64,000 nt of DNA from Methanobacteriota archaeon (GTDB taxonomy: Archaea; Thermoplasmatota; Poseidoniia; Poseidoniales; Thalassarchaeaceae), in assembly GCA_014239955.1 (NCBI GenBank), contig JAAZXW010000012.1, forward strand, positions 9,617 to 73,616, read 5' to 3'. The notes below the pieces were generated by a model. That model worked only from the letters and a program-made list of their open reading frames with translations. It had not been told where the DNA came from and made no database searches. Position numbers and translations under genes: made by a program. This document shows, piece after piece, positions 36,564 to 44,790 of this stretch; the stretch's first letter is position 1; the number at the start of each line of letters is the position of its first letter.

Positions 36564-37742
36564 ATGGACAACACGGCAATATCAAGAGCAAAGCGCCAAA
36601 CGCGTGTCATGGGCAAGTCATGTGGTATCATGGGAGATGGGTCCAAGGCCGTGAAGATCCACCATTTGGTCAAGGCTCCCGAGAACACTCCCGAGTCCAT
36701 TTCATTCAGGGAATCTTGGGACGCCAGCAGACCAGTAACGGTGTACAAGACCCCCGAGAACCTCCCCGATGGAACTCCATGCACCGCTGCCACTGTGATC
36801 CTAAGATCCAAGGGATGCGCTTGGTGGTGGAAGTCAGGCTGTACATTCTGCGGATACTTCAACGATGTCAGAGACGATGTTTCTGCCGAGGACATGTTCT
36901 CGCAATGGGAATACGCAAAGAAATCAACCAATCAATTTGAAGGGTGCCAGATGATCAAGGTGTACACCTCGGGCACATTCTTCGAGGATAGGGAGAATCC
37001 GCCCGAGTGGCAGGAGGCGGTCCTGAAGGAGACTGCTGATATGGGACTTCACTTGGTGGTAGAGGCTCAAGCCCAGATGTGCACACCAGAGAAGATTGAA
37101 TGGGTTGCTGCAAGACATCCCGGATGCACCGTTGCAATTGGCCTAGAGGCTTACGACGACAGTGTTCTGAGGTTCCACGTCAATAAGGGATTCACAACCA
37201 AACAGTGGCATCGGGCAGTAGAAATGCTGAGAGAGAATGACTTGCGTGTCAAGACCTACCTCTTGTTCAAACCGCCTTTCATGTCAGAGGGAGATGCACT
37301 CAACCATACCACCTCGTGGCTAATTGATGTGGCTCCCTTCTCCGATGAAGTCTCTGTAAACCCTATGAATATACAGAAGAACACGATAGTCGACAGACTG
37401 TTCAGGAATAAGGAATACAGAACACCGTGGCTATGGTCATTGGTGGAGATGATCAAACGAGCCCATGAACATCTAAACGACTCCAGTTGTCGAATCATCG
37501 TCCATCCGACAGCAGGTGGCAAGATTCGTGGAGCCCACAACTGCGGAAAATGTGACTCCGATGTCGTTGCCGCAATAGAGAGGTACTCTGTTTCCGGAGA
37601 AACTCAGGAGTTCAAACACCTGGAATGCTCTTGTGAGTCTCATTGGAGAGCTGAGTTGGAAAACGACCTCAGTCTTCCCATTACCCTGGGATATGGCACA
37701 TTCCGTCGCGGAAATCCGACAGACCTTGTCCGTGCTCCTTGA
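36564..37742 (+). CDS. TIGR01210-type radical SAM protein (RaSEA-like, archaeosine synthesis partner of ArcS)
   Basis: ILRSKGCAWWWKSGCTFCGY gives the C-x7-C-x2-C cluster motif that I recall for this archaeal family. Size (392 aa) and an Elp3-like core are consistent. Confidence 0.55.
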   Translation: MDNTAISRAKRQTRVMGKSCGIMGDGSKAVKIHHLVKAPENTPESISFRESWDASRPVTVYKTPENLPDGTPCTAATVILRSKGCAWWWKSGCTFCGYFNDVRDDVSAEDMFSQWEYAKKSTNQFEGCQMIKVYTSGTFFEDRENPPEWQEAVLKETADMGLHLVVEAQAQMCTPEKIEWVAARHPGCTVAIGLEAYDDSVLRFHVNKGFTTKQWHRAVEMLRENDLRVKTYLLFKPPFMSEGDALNHTTSWLIDVAPFSDEVSVNPMNIQKNTIVDRLFRNKEYRTPWLWSLVEMIKRAHEHLNDSSCRIIVHPTAGGKIRGAHNCGKCDSDVVAAIERYSVSGETQEFKHLECSCESHWRAELENDLSLPITLGYGTFRRGNPTDLVRAP

Positions 37743-37800
37743 TGCTATTGACAAACTACATTCGCCCAATGCTTAAGGGCAAATCTCCGGTGGTAGAGTC

Positions 37801-37816
37801 GGAATTGTGCAATTCC
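37801..37816. promoter_or_regulatory. 16-bp palindrome ggaattg-tg-caattcc immediately upstream of the membrane-protein gene pair
   Basis: Exact 7-bp inverted arms with a 2-nt spacer, 12 nt before the TTG at 37828. Confidence 0.3.
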
Positions 37817-37827
37817 GGGGTGATTGA

Positions 37828-38106
37828 TTGTCCGATGACGGGTCCACTTTGATTGGGGAGTTCCTGCAAGGTGAGGGAGAACCCTCGTCGTCATGGGTCA
37901 TGTTGGTGATGGGCTTTGTTTCCACAATGGTGTTCCTGGTACTGTACGGCATTCTGTTCCCAAGTAGTGATCTTCCCGTCATCTCTAGCGTTCTTCCAGT
38001 ATTCGACGGCGTCTTCGATTCTGGCATTTGGTTCTTCATACTTGGAGCAATGATAGGGGTTTTCGCAATATTGGGGACAATGCTTACTGAGGCAACCAGA
38101 GAGTGA
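37828..38106 (+). CDS. Small membrane protein (2-3 TM), unknown function
   Basis: Hydrophobic segments WVMLVMGFVSTMVFLVLYGILF and IWFFILGAMIGVFAILG. Its stop lies 9 nt before the next membrane gene. TTG start is uncertain. Confidence 0.4.
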   Translation: MSDDGSTLIGEFLQGEGEPSSSWVMLVMGFVSTMVFLVLYGILFPSSDLPVISSVLPVFDGVFDSGIWFFILGAMIGVFAILGTMLTEATRE

Positions 38107-38115
38107 GGTGAAAAT

Positions 38116-39777
38116 ATGGGTCTAATTACTTCCATGGCCGTTTTCTGGTTGGCAATGCTAGTCGTTTTCATTCTAGTCAATAGAGGAATATGGGTTTTCA
38201 CTGATGTTTCCAAGAGCATGAGCATGTTCATGCTAGAGAAAGCTCTAGGTCCGCCAATAGATTTCGTAGATGGGAAGCGTGGCTCAGCCGCAACTACCTG
38301 GATTATGCAGGGAGCCCTCTGGATCATCCCTGCATCGATAATCACCTTTTGTGGACTATGGCTTTCACATGACCCCGAAGCACTTCATAGCCTTTCATCA
38401 TGGGGGCTCAATCCAACTTCATCTTCTTTGATCACATCGGGTTTCCTAGTTGCAGTTTACGGCTCGGTCGGAATGCTACTAATCGGGTCTTCGATGCACA
38501 TTGTCCCTGAACTGGGCGGAACAACCCTCGCAACCGAGAAGAACGCTACTCTGATGTCCCTCGTTTGGACTCTAGCCGTCATAGTCATGTTCATTGCGGC
38601 AAACAAGCCAGAGATTGTAGGAATCAGGATTATGCCAGTTGCTACCCTTCTAACTGGCCTAGCTCTAATTGCAGTAATTGTCAACATGCTCCTTACGGCT
38701 GCTTCTCGAACGAAGAAGATGCCTCTACCAGCATGGATGATGATAATCGGAATGATCTCCGCACCGGTCTCAATCGTGGTTCTAGCAATCACTTGCTCTC
38801 TAGGCTCCGGCACAGGACAGTGGCTAGCCACCAGGACGGGGGGGACGTCTTTCTTCCTGATGATGTCGGGTGCGATATTATACGGTGCTTCCAGAGGAAG
38901 CGGGAACCCACTCTGGTCCAGGTCTCTTGCAGCAGTGACCATGGTCGGAGCGATATTATCCATCAATCCATCCGGACTAATAGAAGGTGAGATAGCCTCT
39001 GACTTCCTTGGAATAAGTGCGGCCACATTCGAACCTTCGAGAAACGACATTGTCGCTGGCTCATTCCTGCTAGCCCTTTCACTAATCCCAATCATCGCGC
39101 TTTCTGCAAATGTCTTGGCAACAATGAGGGGGGATGACGTGTTTATTGAGAATCCAGACTCTCCAGGGATGCCTGAGATAAATCTGGCAGCTTTCATGGC
39201 AGTTCCCATCGCCATCGGTGGACTTTTCGTACTCACGGATTATCTGACGGGAACCAATGAGCTCACAGGGATTCACGAATCTCTAGTTCTGATGGGCGTG
39301 TGGGTTGTGTTCGTCCCTGCTTCCCTTGGGTCAGCATTGTCCATCTTCCCCGAGGTCTCCGGAAGGAACGTCCTTTCTGTAAATCGATCTAGGTGGGCAT
39401 TCTGGTTGATGGCAGGCGGGGCATTCTCTGGTCTGGCATTCACAATGATGGCTGACTTCTCAGACATGGCTCTCCTCGAAGCCGCAGTCGAAGAAGAGAG
39501 CTCATCGTCAAACCGAATACGAGTTTTGGGCTCAGTACTCTTCTACGGAACCGTAATCGGATCGATCTATCATGCACTCAACATGATTAGTGGCTCATTT
39601 AGAGGGACCCTTGCTAGTGAAGGACCAAACCCATCTTCAACTTCGATATCCAGTCCCTACAAACTAACCAAGGAGACCACTGTGAGGAAGATTCTAGCTC
39701 AGAGGGAAGGAAAGCTCGACACAGTAGTAGTCCCCGAATCTAGTACCGATCTCCCAGGTAGCGCTACTGAGATATGA
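38116..39777 (+). CDS. Polytopic integral membrane protein (about 12-14 TM), unknown function
   Basis: 553 aa, hydrophobic almost throughout, with a hydrophilic C-terminal tail. I recognised no catalytic motifs. Confidence 0.6.
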   Translation: MGLITSMAVFWLAMLVVFILVNRGIWVFTDVSKSMSMFMLEKALGPPIDFVDGKRGSAATTWIMQGALWIIPASIITFCGLWLSHDPEALHSLSSWGLNPTSSSLITSGFLVAVYGSVGMLLIGSSMHIVPELGGTTLATEKNATLMSLVWTLAVIVMFIAANKPEIVGIRIMPVATLLTGLALIAVIVNMLLTAASRTKKMPLPAWMMIIGMISAPVSIVVLAITCSLGSGTGQWLATRTGGTSFFLMMSGAILYGASRGSGNPLWSRSLAAVTMVGAILSINPSGLIEGEIASDFLGISAATFEPSRNDIVAGSFLLALSLIPIIALSANVLATMRGDDVFIENPDSPGMPEINLAAFMAVPIAIGGLFVLTDYLTGTNELTGIHESLVLMGVWVVFVPASLGSALSIFPEVSGRNVLSVNRSRWAFWLMAGGAFSGLAFTMMADFSDMALLEAAVEEESSSSNRIRVLGSVLFYGTVIGSIYHALNMISGSFRGTLASEGPNPSSTSISSPYKLTKETTVRKILAQREGKLDTVVVPESSTDLPGSATEI

Positions 39778-39827
39778 TCTGACCACACAGTCAATGGGTC
39801 GATAGGTTCTGCCAGCATCGGGATAGT

Positions 39828-41111
39828 ATGAGAATCGGTCTTGTCGGGAAACCGAATGTGGGAAAATCAACGGCATTCTCTGCACTAACTCAAATTCCGG
39901 TTGACATTGCAAACTACCCCTTCACAACCATTGACCCTAACGTTGGAGTGACTTGGATTCCACTACCAGAGAGTTGCGCTTGCTCGAGTCTAAGGGAACG
40001 GAGGGAGTCATCGGGCAGGCTTCAGACTACCGAATCCGCAGATCCAAGGGTAGGCAGCATCTGCATTCCCAATTCTGGCTCATGCTCCGGATTCAAGCGA
40101 ATGGTCCCCGTAACTCTCGTTGACGTAGCCGGCCTGGTTCCCGGTGCCCACGAGGGCAGAGGTAGAGGGAACCAGTTTCTTTCTGACCTTTCAAGATGCG
40201 ATGCCCTAATTCAGGTAATTGATGTATCCGGCTCCACTGACCTGGAGGGAAACCCAGTTGGCTCAGGAGGTTCAGAACCAATAGATGAACACCTCTTCCT
40301 ACTCGGAGAATTAGACTCGTGGATAATGGGAATAATGGAAAAAGGATGGGATCGAGTTTCTAGAAAGGCCCAGGCCGAAGGGGTTCGAGCAATTCGCGAG
40401 CACTTTCTCGAGAGATTAACGGGGATCGGTGCGACAGAGTATCACGTTGCTGCAGGCTTCTCATCAGTAGAGAGAGAACACCAATCTTCGACAGATCCTG
40501 CATTGTGGGGCCAAGAAGAGCTCAGAACTTTGGCTACTGCTGTCAGGAAGTCGTTGTTCCCAATCTCAGTGGCAGCCAACAAGGCGGACAACAGGGGATA
40601 TCATGGATCCGAGTTATCATCCGAAGTCGAATCTAACGGAGGCACAGTGGTCTTCACTAGTGCCGAGGCCGAGCTCGCCCTTCGTCGAGCATCCTCCTCT
40701 GGAATGATTTCCTACCAAATAGGGGACTCAGACTTTGAACTCACAGATGACGGGAAAGAGAACCTGACCGAGAAGCAGAGATCAGCATTAGAGTCAATTT
40801 CCAGCACCCTATCTTCTTGGGAGGGCGGGGGTCTCGTCGGCCTTCTATCGGAAGTGGTGTTCGGACAACTATCCCGAATCGTCGCATACCCAGTTCAGGA
40901 CGAGACCCATTGGGTTGATGGGGATGGAAAAACACTCCCTGACGCGATTCTGATACAAAGAGGAACTACTGCGAAGGGACTAGCTTTTCAGGTCCATTCT
41001 GACCTCGGAGAAGGATTCGTTAGAGCCATTGATGCTAGGTCGGGAATGGTGATAGGAGCAGAACATGAACTAGCTGACGGAGATGTAGTAAGCATCCAGG
41101 CGAAGAATTAG
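39828..41111 (+). CDS. Obg-like GTPase/ATPase (YchF/Ygr210 type) with a C-terminal TGS domain
   Basis: G1 GKPNVGKST, G2 region YPFTTIDPNVG, G3 DVAGLV. TGS-like C-terminus (GTTAKGLAFQVHSDLGEGFVRA...GDVVSI). Confidence 0.85.
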   Translation: MRIGLVGKPNVGKSTAFSALTQIPVDIANYPFTTIDPNVGVTWIPLPESCACSSLRERRESSGRLQTTESADPRVGSICIPNSGSCSGFKRMVPVTLVDVAGLVPGAHEGRGRGNQFLSDLSRCDALIQVIDVSGSTDLEGNPVGSGGSEPIDEHLFLLGELDSWIMGIMEKGWDRVSRKAQAEGVRAIREHFLERLTGIGATEYHVAAGFSSVEREHQSSTDPALWGQEELRTLATAVRKSLFPISVAANKADNRGYHGSELSSEVESNGGTVVFTSAEAELALRRASSSGMISYQIGDSDFELTDDGKENLTEKQRSALESISSTLSSWEGGGLVGLLSEVVFGQLSRIVAYPVQDETHWVDGDGKTLPDAILIQRGTTAKGLAFQVHSDLGEGFVRAIDARSGMVIGAEHELADGDVVSIQAKN

Positions 41112-41779
41112 CCACTGGCAGCCTCAATCCTCAACTCATAGAAAACAGCGGTCCAAGTGATTTCAAAGTCCTCATCACTATCAATCAAACCTCCTGCGAT
41201 TGGAGCGGCTTCTATCGTAGCGGTAATCGTGGCAATCCAGACCCCCCTCCCATTCTCTCCGTCATTCCACATCTCTCTAATCTCATTCTCATCCATCTCC
41301 TCTTCGGTGAATTCATCTCCCGTGTAACCTGCAGTGACATCCCATCGGATGGTAAATCCACCATTTCCGCCTCCGGAGCAATCTCCATCTGCACTCTGAT
41401 CGTCAATTCCTTCGACATCACTGAGATCGCTCACTCCATCTACACTGTCAGTGAAACCAGGACCAGGGTCATCATTATCGAAGCAAGACACTTGCAATTC
41501 TACAAATCCAATGCTTAAATCAGTCTCAACAATCACGTCGAAGAAAGAATCGTGACTTTCCCCATCATTAAGGGACACAGACTCACTAAGGGAGGTCGTA
41601 CTCTCTTCGAAACTAACCAGCAGTGAACCCGAAAGACCGGAAGAACCACCCCCAGACGAATCATCGTCAATCAAGGATGGCAGAGCCTCGAAGTAGATAG
41701 GGAATGCAACTAGGAAAACTAAGGTTCCTGCCAGTGTCTTAATCTTCTGAGGCGTGTCTACAAGATCTTGGAAGTCCAT
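41108..41779 (-). CDS. Secreted/anchored highly acidic protein, unknown function
   Basis: N-terminal TM (LAGTLVFLVAFPIYF), a Gly/Ser linker and an Asp/Glu-rich domain. The stop overlaps the stop of the convergent GTPase gene. Confidence 0.45.
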   Translation of the reverse strand: MDFQDLVDTPQKIKTLAGTLVFLVAFPIYFEALPSLIDDDSSGGGSSGLSGSLLVSFEESTTSLSESVSLNDGESHDSFFDVIVETDLSIGFVELQVSCFDNDDPGPGFTDSVDGVSDLSDVEGIDDQSADGDCSGGGNGGFTIRWDVTAGYTGDEFTEEEMDENEIREMWNDGENGRGVWIATITATIEAAPIAGGLIDSDEDFEITWTAVFYELRIEAASG

Positions 41780-41852
41780 GGCCGCTTCGCTCTTCGCTCT
41801 CAGAGCACCATATCAAATGCTCTCTCTATCTGCACGATAGCATCTGCAATCA

Positions 41853-42350
41853 TCAATCTTGCGAACTTTCCCAACCGTCTATTTCGACCCCTTCATTGGA
41901 GAACAACTTTCGTGACTTTCTGAATTCAGGTAGGAGATAACCAATCACCGATCTCTCCATGAAAGTCCATTTCCACGGGCACCTTGGAAGGTTTCTCGAC
42001 CAATTAACCAAGAATTCTCCCCACTTCTCGCCGTCAAACAGCTCTGGAATCCTGAAGGAAACGAAAGACATCCTTCCAGAAGAACCGGGCACATAGCTCC
42101 AAGTTCGAATTGCCAGACCTTCTGCTTCTCCTCCAATTACCTTCAATCCAAGGACTCTAGCTCTCTTGGCAATTGGCACAATTATTGCCCATCTTTGGAC
42201 CAATGTTGTCTCCTCGAAGCGACCCATTTCCCATCCTCGACTTTCGCCGATGATCCGCATAGCTCTGATTGCTTCTGTGGGTACAATACTGACTGGAATC
42301 TCAAGCATCCGCTCCATTTGTCTCAGACCACCCTCGAGGCCCTCGCCCAT
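41853..42350 (-). CDS. Hypothetical cytoplasmic protein
   Basis: 165-aa ORF with protein-like composition, co-directional with its neighbours. I recognised no family. Confidence 0.4.
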   Translation of the reverse strand: MGEGLEGGLRQMERMLEIPVSIVPTEAIRAMRIIGESRGWEMGRFEETTLVQRWAIIVPIAKRARVLGLKVIGGEAEGLAIRTWSYVPGSSGRMSFVSFRIPELFDGEKWGEFLVNWSRNLPRCPWKWTFMERSVIGYLLPEFRKSRKLFSNEGVEIDGWESSQD

Positions 42351-42383
42351 AGCGACTTCGCGTCATTCTTTCCAATCTTTGCT

Positions 42384-42698
42384 TCAGCCGAATAGGGAGC
42401 CAAGACCTTCGAAGCCGCCTGCCTCTTCCTCGGGCTCCTCAGCAGCCTCTTCCTGAGCTGGAGCAGCCTCTGGGGCAGCACCGCCGGAAGAAGCAGAGGG
42501 AGCAGCCGAGGCCACTGGGGCAGCAACCGCGGTCGCCATGGCCTCATCGATGTCGACGGAGCCTAGAGAGGCGACTAGGGCCTTAACTCGGGCCCCGTCA
42601 GCCTCGACTCCAGCAGCCTTCAGCACTGAGCTGACGGCCTTGTCATCGATGTCCTTTTCTGCAGAATGCAACAACATTGCAGCATATACATATTCCAT
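42384..42698 (-). CDS. rpl12: 50S ribosomal stalk protein P1 (L12)
   Basis: [15 protein letters not shown]..., an Ala/Pro hinge, and the acidic tail [18 protein letters not shown]. The ORF opens at 42719, but Met-8 matches the conserved N-terminus. Confidence 0.9.
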   Translation of the reverse strand: MEYVYAAMLLHSAEKDIDDKAVSSVLKAAGVEADGARVKALVASLGSVDIDEAMATAVAAPVASAAPSASSGGAAPEAAPAQEEAAEEPEEEAGGFEGLGSLFG

Positions 42699-42715
42699 TT
42701 CATTCACCTTTTTTT

Positions 42716-43729
42716 TCATCCGAAGAGATCGCCGAGTCCACCGAACCCTGCATCCTCTTCCTCCTCTTCCTCCTCGGTTTCAGCCTCAGCGGCATTTTCC
42801 GATTCAGTCGCCTCGGAGGGGGCGACTTCAGCACTCTGAGTTGCTGCTCCTAGAGCAGCTTGTAACTCTTCATCAAGAGCTGAGGAATCTAATTGTCCAG
42901 CTAGGGACAGAGCACGTGAGCGTGCTTTCGATAGTATGGCCGATGCCGTCGCGTCGTTGACGACTCCAGCCTCCAAGGCAACAGACAGAGACTCTGAAGC
43001 AGCCTTGGAAATGAGAGTCGGAGTGGTTGTGGAGGAGAACCATCGTACGTTACAAGCCAGATTGAAAGCACCAGAAGTCGCACTCACTATATCGTTCCTG
43101 AACCCGTCTGCGTCAAGGTCTAGATCAGAAGAATGGAAAAAGTGACCTTCCTCGATGGCCCCTATTAGGATTATACCAATCTCAATCGGGTTGATGCCCA
43201 GCTTTGCCAGCATTATCCCCAAGTCAGCAGAAATCACATCTCCTTGGGAGAAGGTGGTGTCCCTCTGGATCGCTACTTTCCCCTTGTCAATCTTAGCAGG
43301 GATACCTACTGCGTTGAACTCTCCAACAATTGGCCCTGGTCCGAATTCTGTGGGGCCCGCAGGAATTGTAACGTCATCTGGGAATGTTTCTCCTGCCTTG
43401 GCTGCGCGGCCTTGACGGGTCTTCTCCATCTCCCCGAAAATCTCGAATGCATTCATTGAGTCACTGTGAACCACACAGGGTTGATGAGCCCCTTCTAGAA
43501 GGGCCTCCATCTCATTATCCGGTCTACCGGCCTCTGACCAAGCTATCTTCATCAATGACTTCTTGACCATTGTGATGCTCATTCTTTCCCTCAAGGTGTT
43601 CCGCATATCGATCATGTTGCTTGCAGGAACTCCCGAGACATCGACGACAGCCACAACGCCATCGCTACTGAAAATCTTCGTTAACTCAGATACTCGATCC
43701 TTCTTCCATCCGGCTACCTTTGGAATCAC
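42716..43729 (-). CDS. rpl10: 50S ribosomal protein uL10 (P0)
   Basis: Length (337 aa), position between L1 and L12, and the stalk tail [18 protein letters not shown]. Confidence 0.95.
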   Translation of the reverse strand: MIPKVAGWKKDRVSELTKIFSSDGVVAVVDVSGVPASNMIDMRNTLRERMSITMVKKSLMKIAWSEAGRPDNEMEALLEGAHQPCVVHSDSMNAFEIFGEMEKTRQGRAAKAGETFPDDVTIPAGPTEFGPGPIVGEFNAVGIPAKIDKGKVAIQRDTTFSQGDVISADLGIMLAKLGINPIEIGIILIGAIEEGHFFHSSDLDLDADGFRNDIVSATSGAFNLACNVRWFSSTTTPTLISKAASESLSVALEAGVVNDATASAILSKARSRALSLAGQLDSSALDEELQAALGAATQSAEVAPSEATESENAAEAETEEEEEEEDAGFGGLGDLFG

Positions 43730-44379
43730 AAGATCACCTCGACTCTAATGGACGGACCCATGGAGGTCTTGACAAAGCAAGACCGAATGTTCCCGGACCC
43801 CCTCTCAAGCTTCCCAGTTACCCTATCCCAAACGGCCACAGCGTTAGCAGTCAATTCGTCAATACTCTGTTCTCTGGAACCCACTGCGGCGTGGAAGGTT
43901 ATCCTGTCCCTTGAACGGACAATGGCTGTATCCTTCAGTCCGGACGCCAGAGCAGATGGATCAAGAGTAGGCGGAACCGGTCGAGGCATCTTCCCCCTTG
44001 GCCCCAGTACTCCTCCCAGGAACCTACCAACTGTTCCCATGTGTGGAATTTCCGAGAGGAAGAAGTCGTAATGCTTGGCCATCTTCCTAGCCTTTTGCCG
44101 GTTTCCACCCAGGTCCTCAATCGTGGAGGGGTCAATCACTTCGAGACCACCAGCCTTCGCCTTGGATGCCATCTCTCCTCCAGCGAACATTGCAATCTTG
44201 ACAGGCTTCCCTCTACCTGAGGGAAGTCTAACCTCTTCCTGAATCCTATTTGTCGGTATTTTCAGATCAACGTCCTTGATTGTGAACGAAATCTCGATGG
44301 ATTCGACAAAGCTCCTCTCCGGGGCCCCATCGATTGCCTGTTGAATCGCAGTTTGTAGATTTTCTCTCATTTTCCTCAC
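43726..44379 (-). CDS. rpl1: 50S ribosomal protein uL1
   Basis: 217 aa in the conserved L11-L1-L10-L12 order. L1-like motifs are present (DLKIPTNRIQEEVRLP, FHAAVG). GAGGTGAGG lies before the ATG. Confidence 0.95.
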   Translation of the reverse strand: MRKMRENLQTAIQQAIDGAPERSFVESIEISFTIKDVDLKIPTNRIQEEVRLPSGRGKPVKIAMFAGGEMASKAKAGGLEVIDPSTIEDLGGNRQKARKMAKHYDFFLSEIPHMGTVGRFLGGVLGPRGKMPRPVPPTLDPSALASGLKDTAIVRSRDRITFHAAVGSREQSIDELTANAVAVWDRVTGKLERGSGNIRSCFVKTSMGPSIRVEVIL

Positions 44380-44383
44380 CTCT

Positions 44384-44412
44384 GCGGTTCGCGAGGCTCA
44401 CGCCTCTCCCGC
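44384..44412 (-). promoter_or_regulatory. Candidate L1 autoregulatory mRNA structure in the rpl1 leader
   Basis: The minus-strand RNA GCGG-GA-GAGGC-GUGA-GCCUC-GCGAA-CCGC forms a stem with an asymmetric internal loop. The CUCGCGAAC segment recalls the Methanococcus L1-binding mRNA site as I remember it. Confidence 0.35.
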
Positions 44413-44425
44413 AATTCGTGTGAAT

Positions 44426-44704
44426 TTAGCTGAAATGTTCGCTAAACTCCCCCTCGCTCATGGCGTTCAGGGCCACCTTTGGCTCCATGCCTTCGACTCG
44501 AACTCGCATAGAAACACAGGTACCCATTACTTCTCGACAACGCGCGTAAATTGACTTTCCAGTGAGTCGGGCCTTCTGACCCTCAGCTATTTCCTTGACC
44601 TGATCCATGGTCAGGTTCTCGGTAGAGGCTTCCCACGACCCATTGCACTTCTTCTTCCCCAGTGTTTGAATCACCTTGTGTGGTGTTTCGTTGCGTGCTG
44701 ACAT
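44426..44704 (-). CDS. rpl11: Ribosomal protein uL11, C-terminal (rRNA-binding) domain only (92 aa)
   Basis: TPHKVIQTLGKKK...LTMDQVKEIAEGQK...CREVMGTCVSMRVRVEGMEPK aligns by eye with residues ~70-160 of archaeal L11. An in-frame TAA lies 4 codons upstream of the ATG. Only 83 nt separate it from spt5. Confidence 0.8.
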   Translation of the reverse strand: MSARNETPHKVIQTLGKKKCNGSWEASTENLTMDQVKEIAEGQKARLTGKSIYARCREVMGTCVSMRVRVEGMEPKVALNAMSEGEFSEHFS

Positions 44705-44768
44705 GAAAATGACCTCTTATCGTGGAACTCGCCGACCTGCTCTCCCTATTTGATAATGATGTAAATCG

Positions 44769-44790
44769 AAAAATGACCCTTCTCTGGTCA
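44769..44790 (-). terminator. Short hairpin plus T5 tract overlapping the spt5 stop codon
   Basis: The minus strand reads TGACC-agagaag-GGTCA followed by TTTTT. Archaeal termination favours oligo-T. The stem is weak (5 bp). Confidence 0.25.

Noticed and set aside
37773-38345. 190-aa minus-strand ORF overlapping both plus-strand membrane genes
   Set aside because: The plus-strand ORFs encode clean TM helices and are tightly spaced as an operon. The minus-strand product is Pro/Ser/Thr/Asn-rich with no structure-like pattern.
38457-39236. 259-aa minus-strand ORF
   Set aside because: It is antisense within the 553-aa membrane protein gene.
38116-39777. Heme-copper oxidase subunit I / NorB homolog
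   Set aside because: Only a vague helix-pattern resemblance exists. The six invariant His ligands (helices II, VI, VII, X) are absent, and no subunit II or heme-biosynthesis genes are adjacent.
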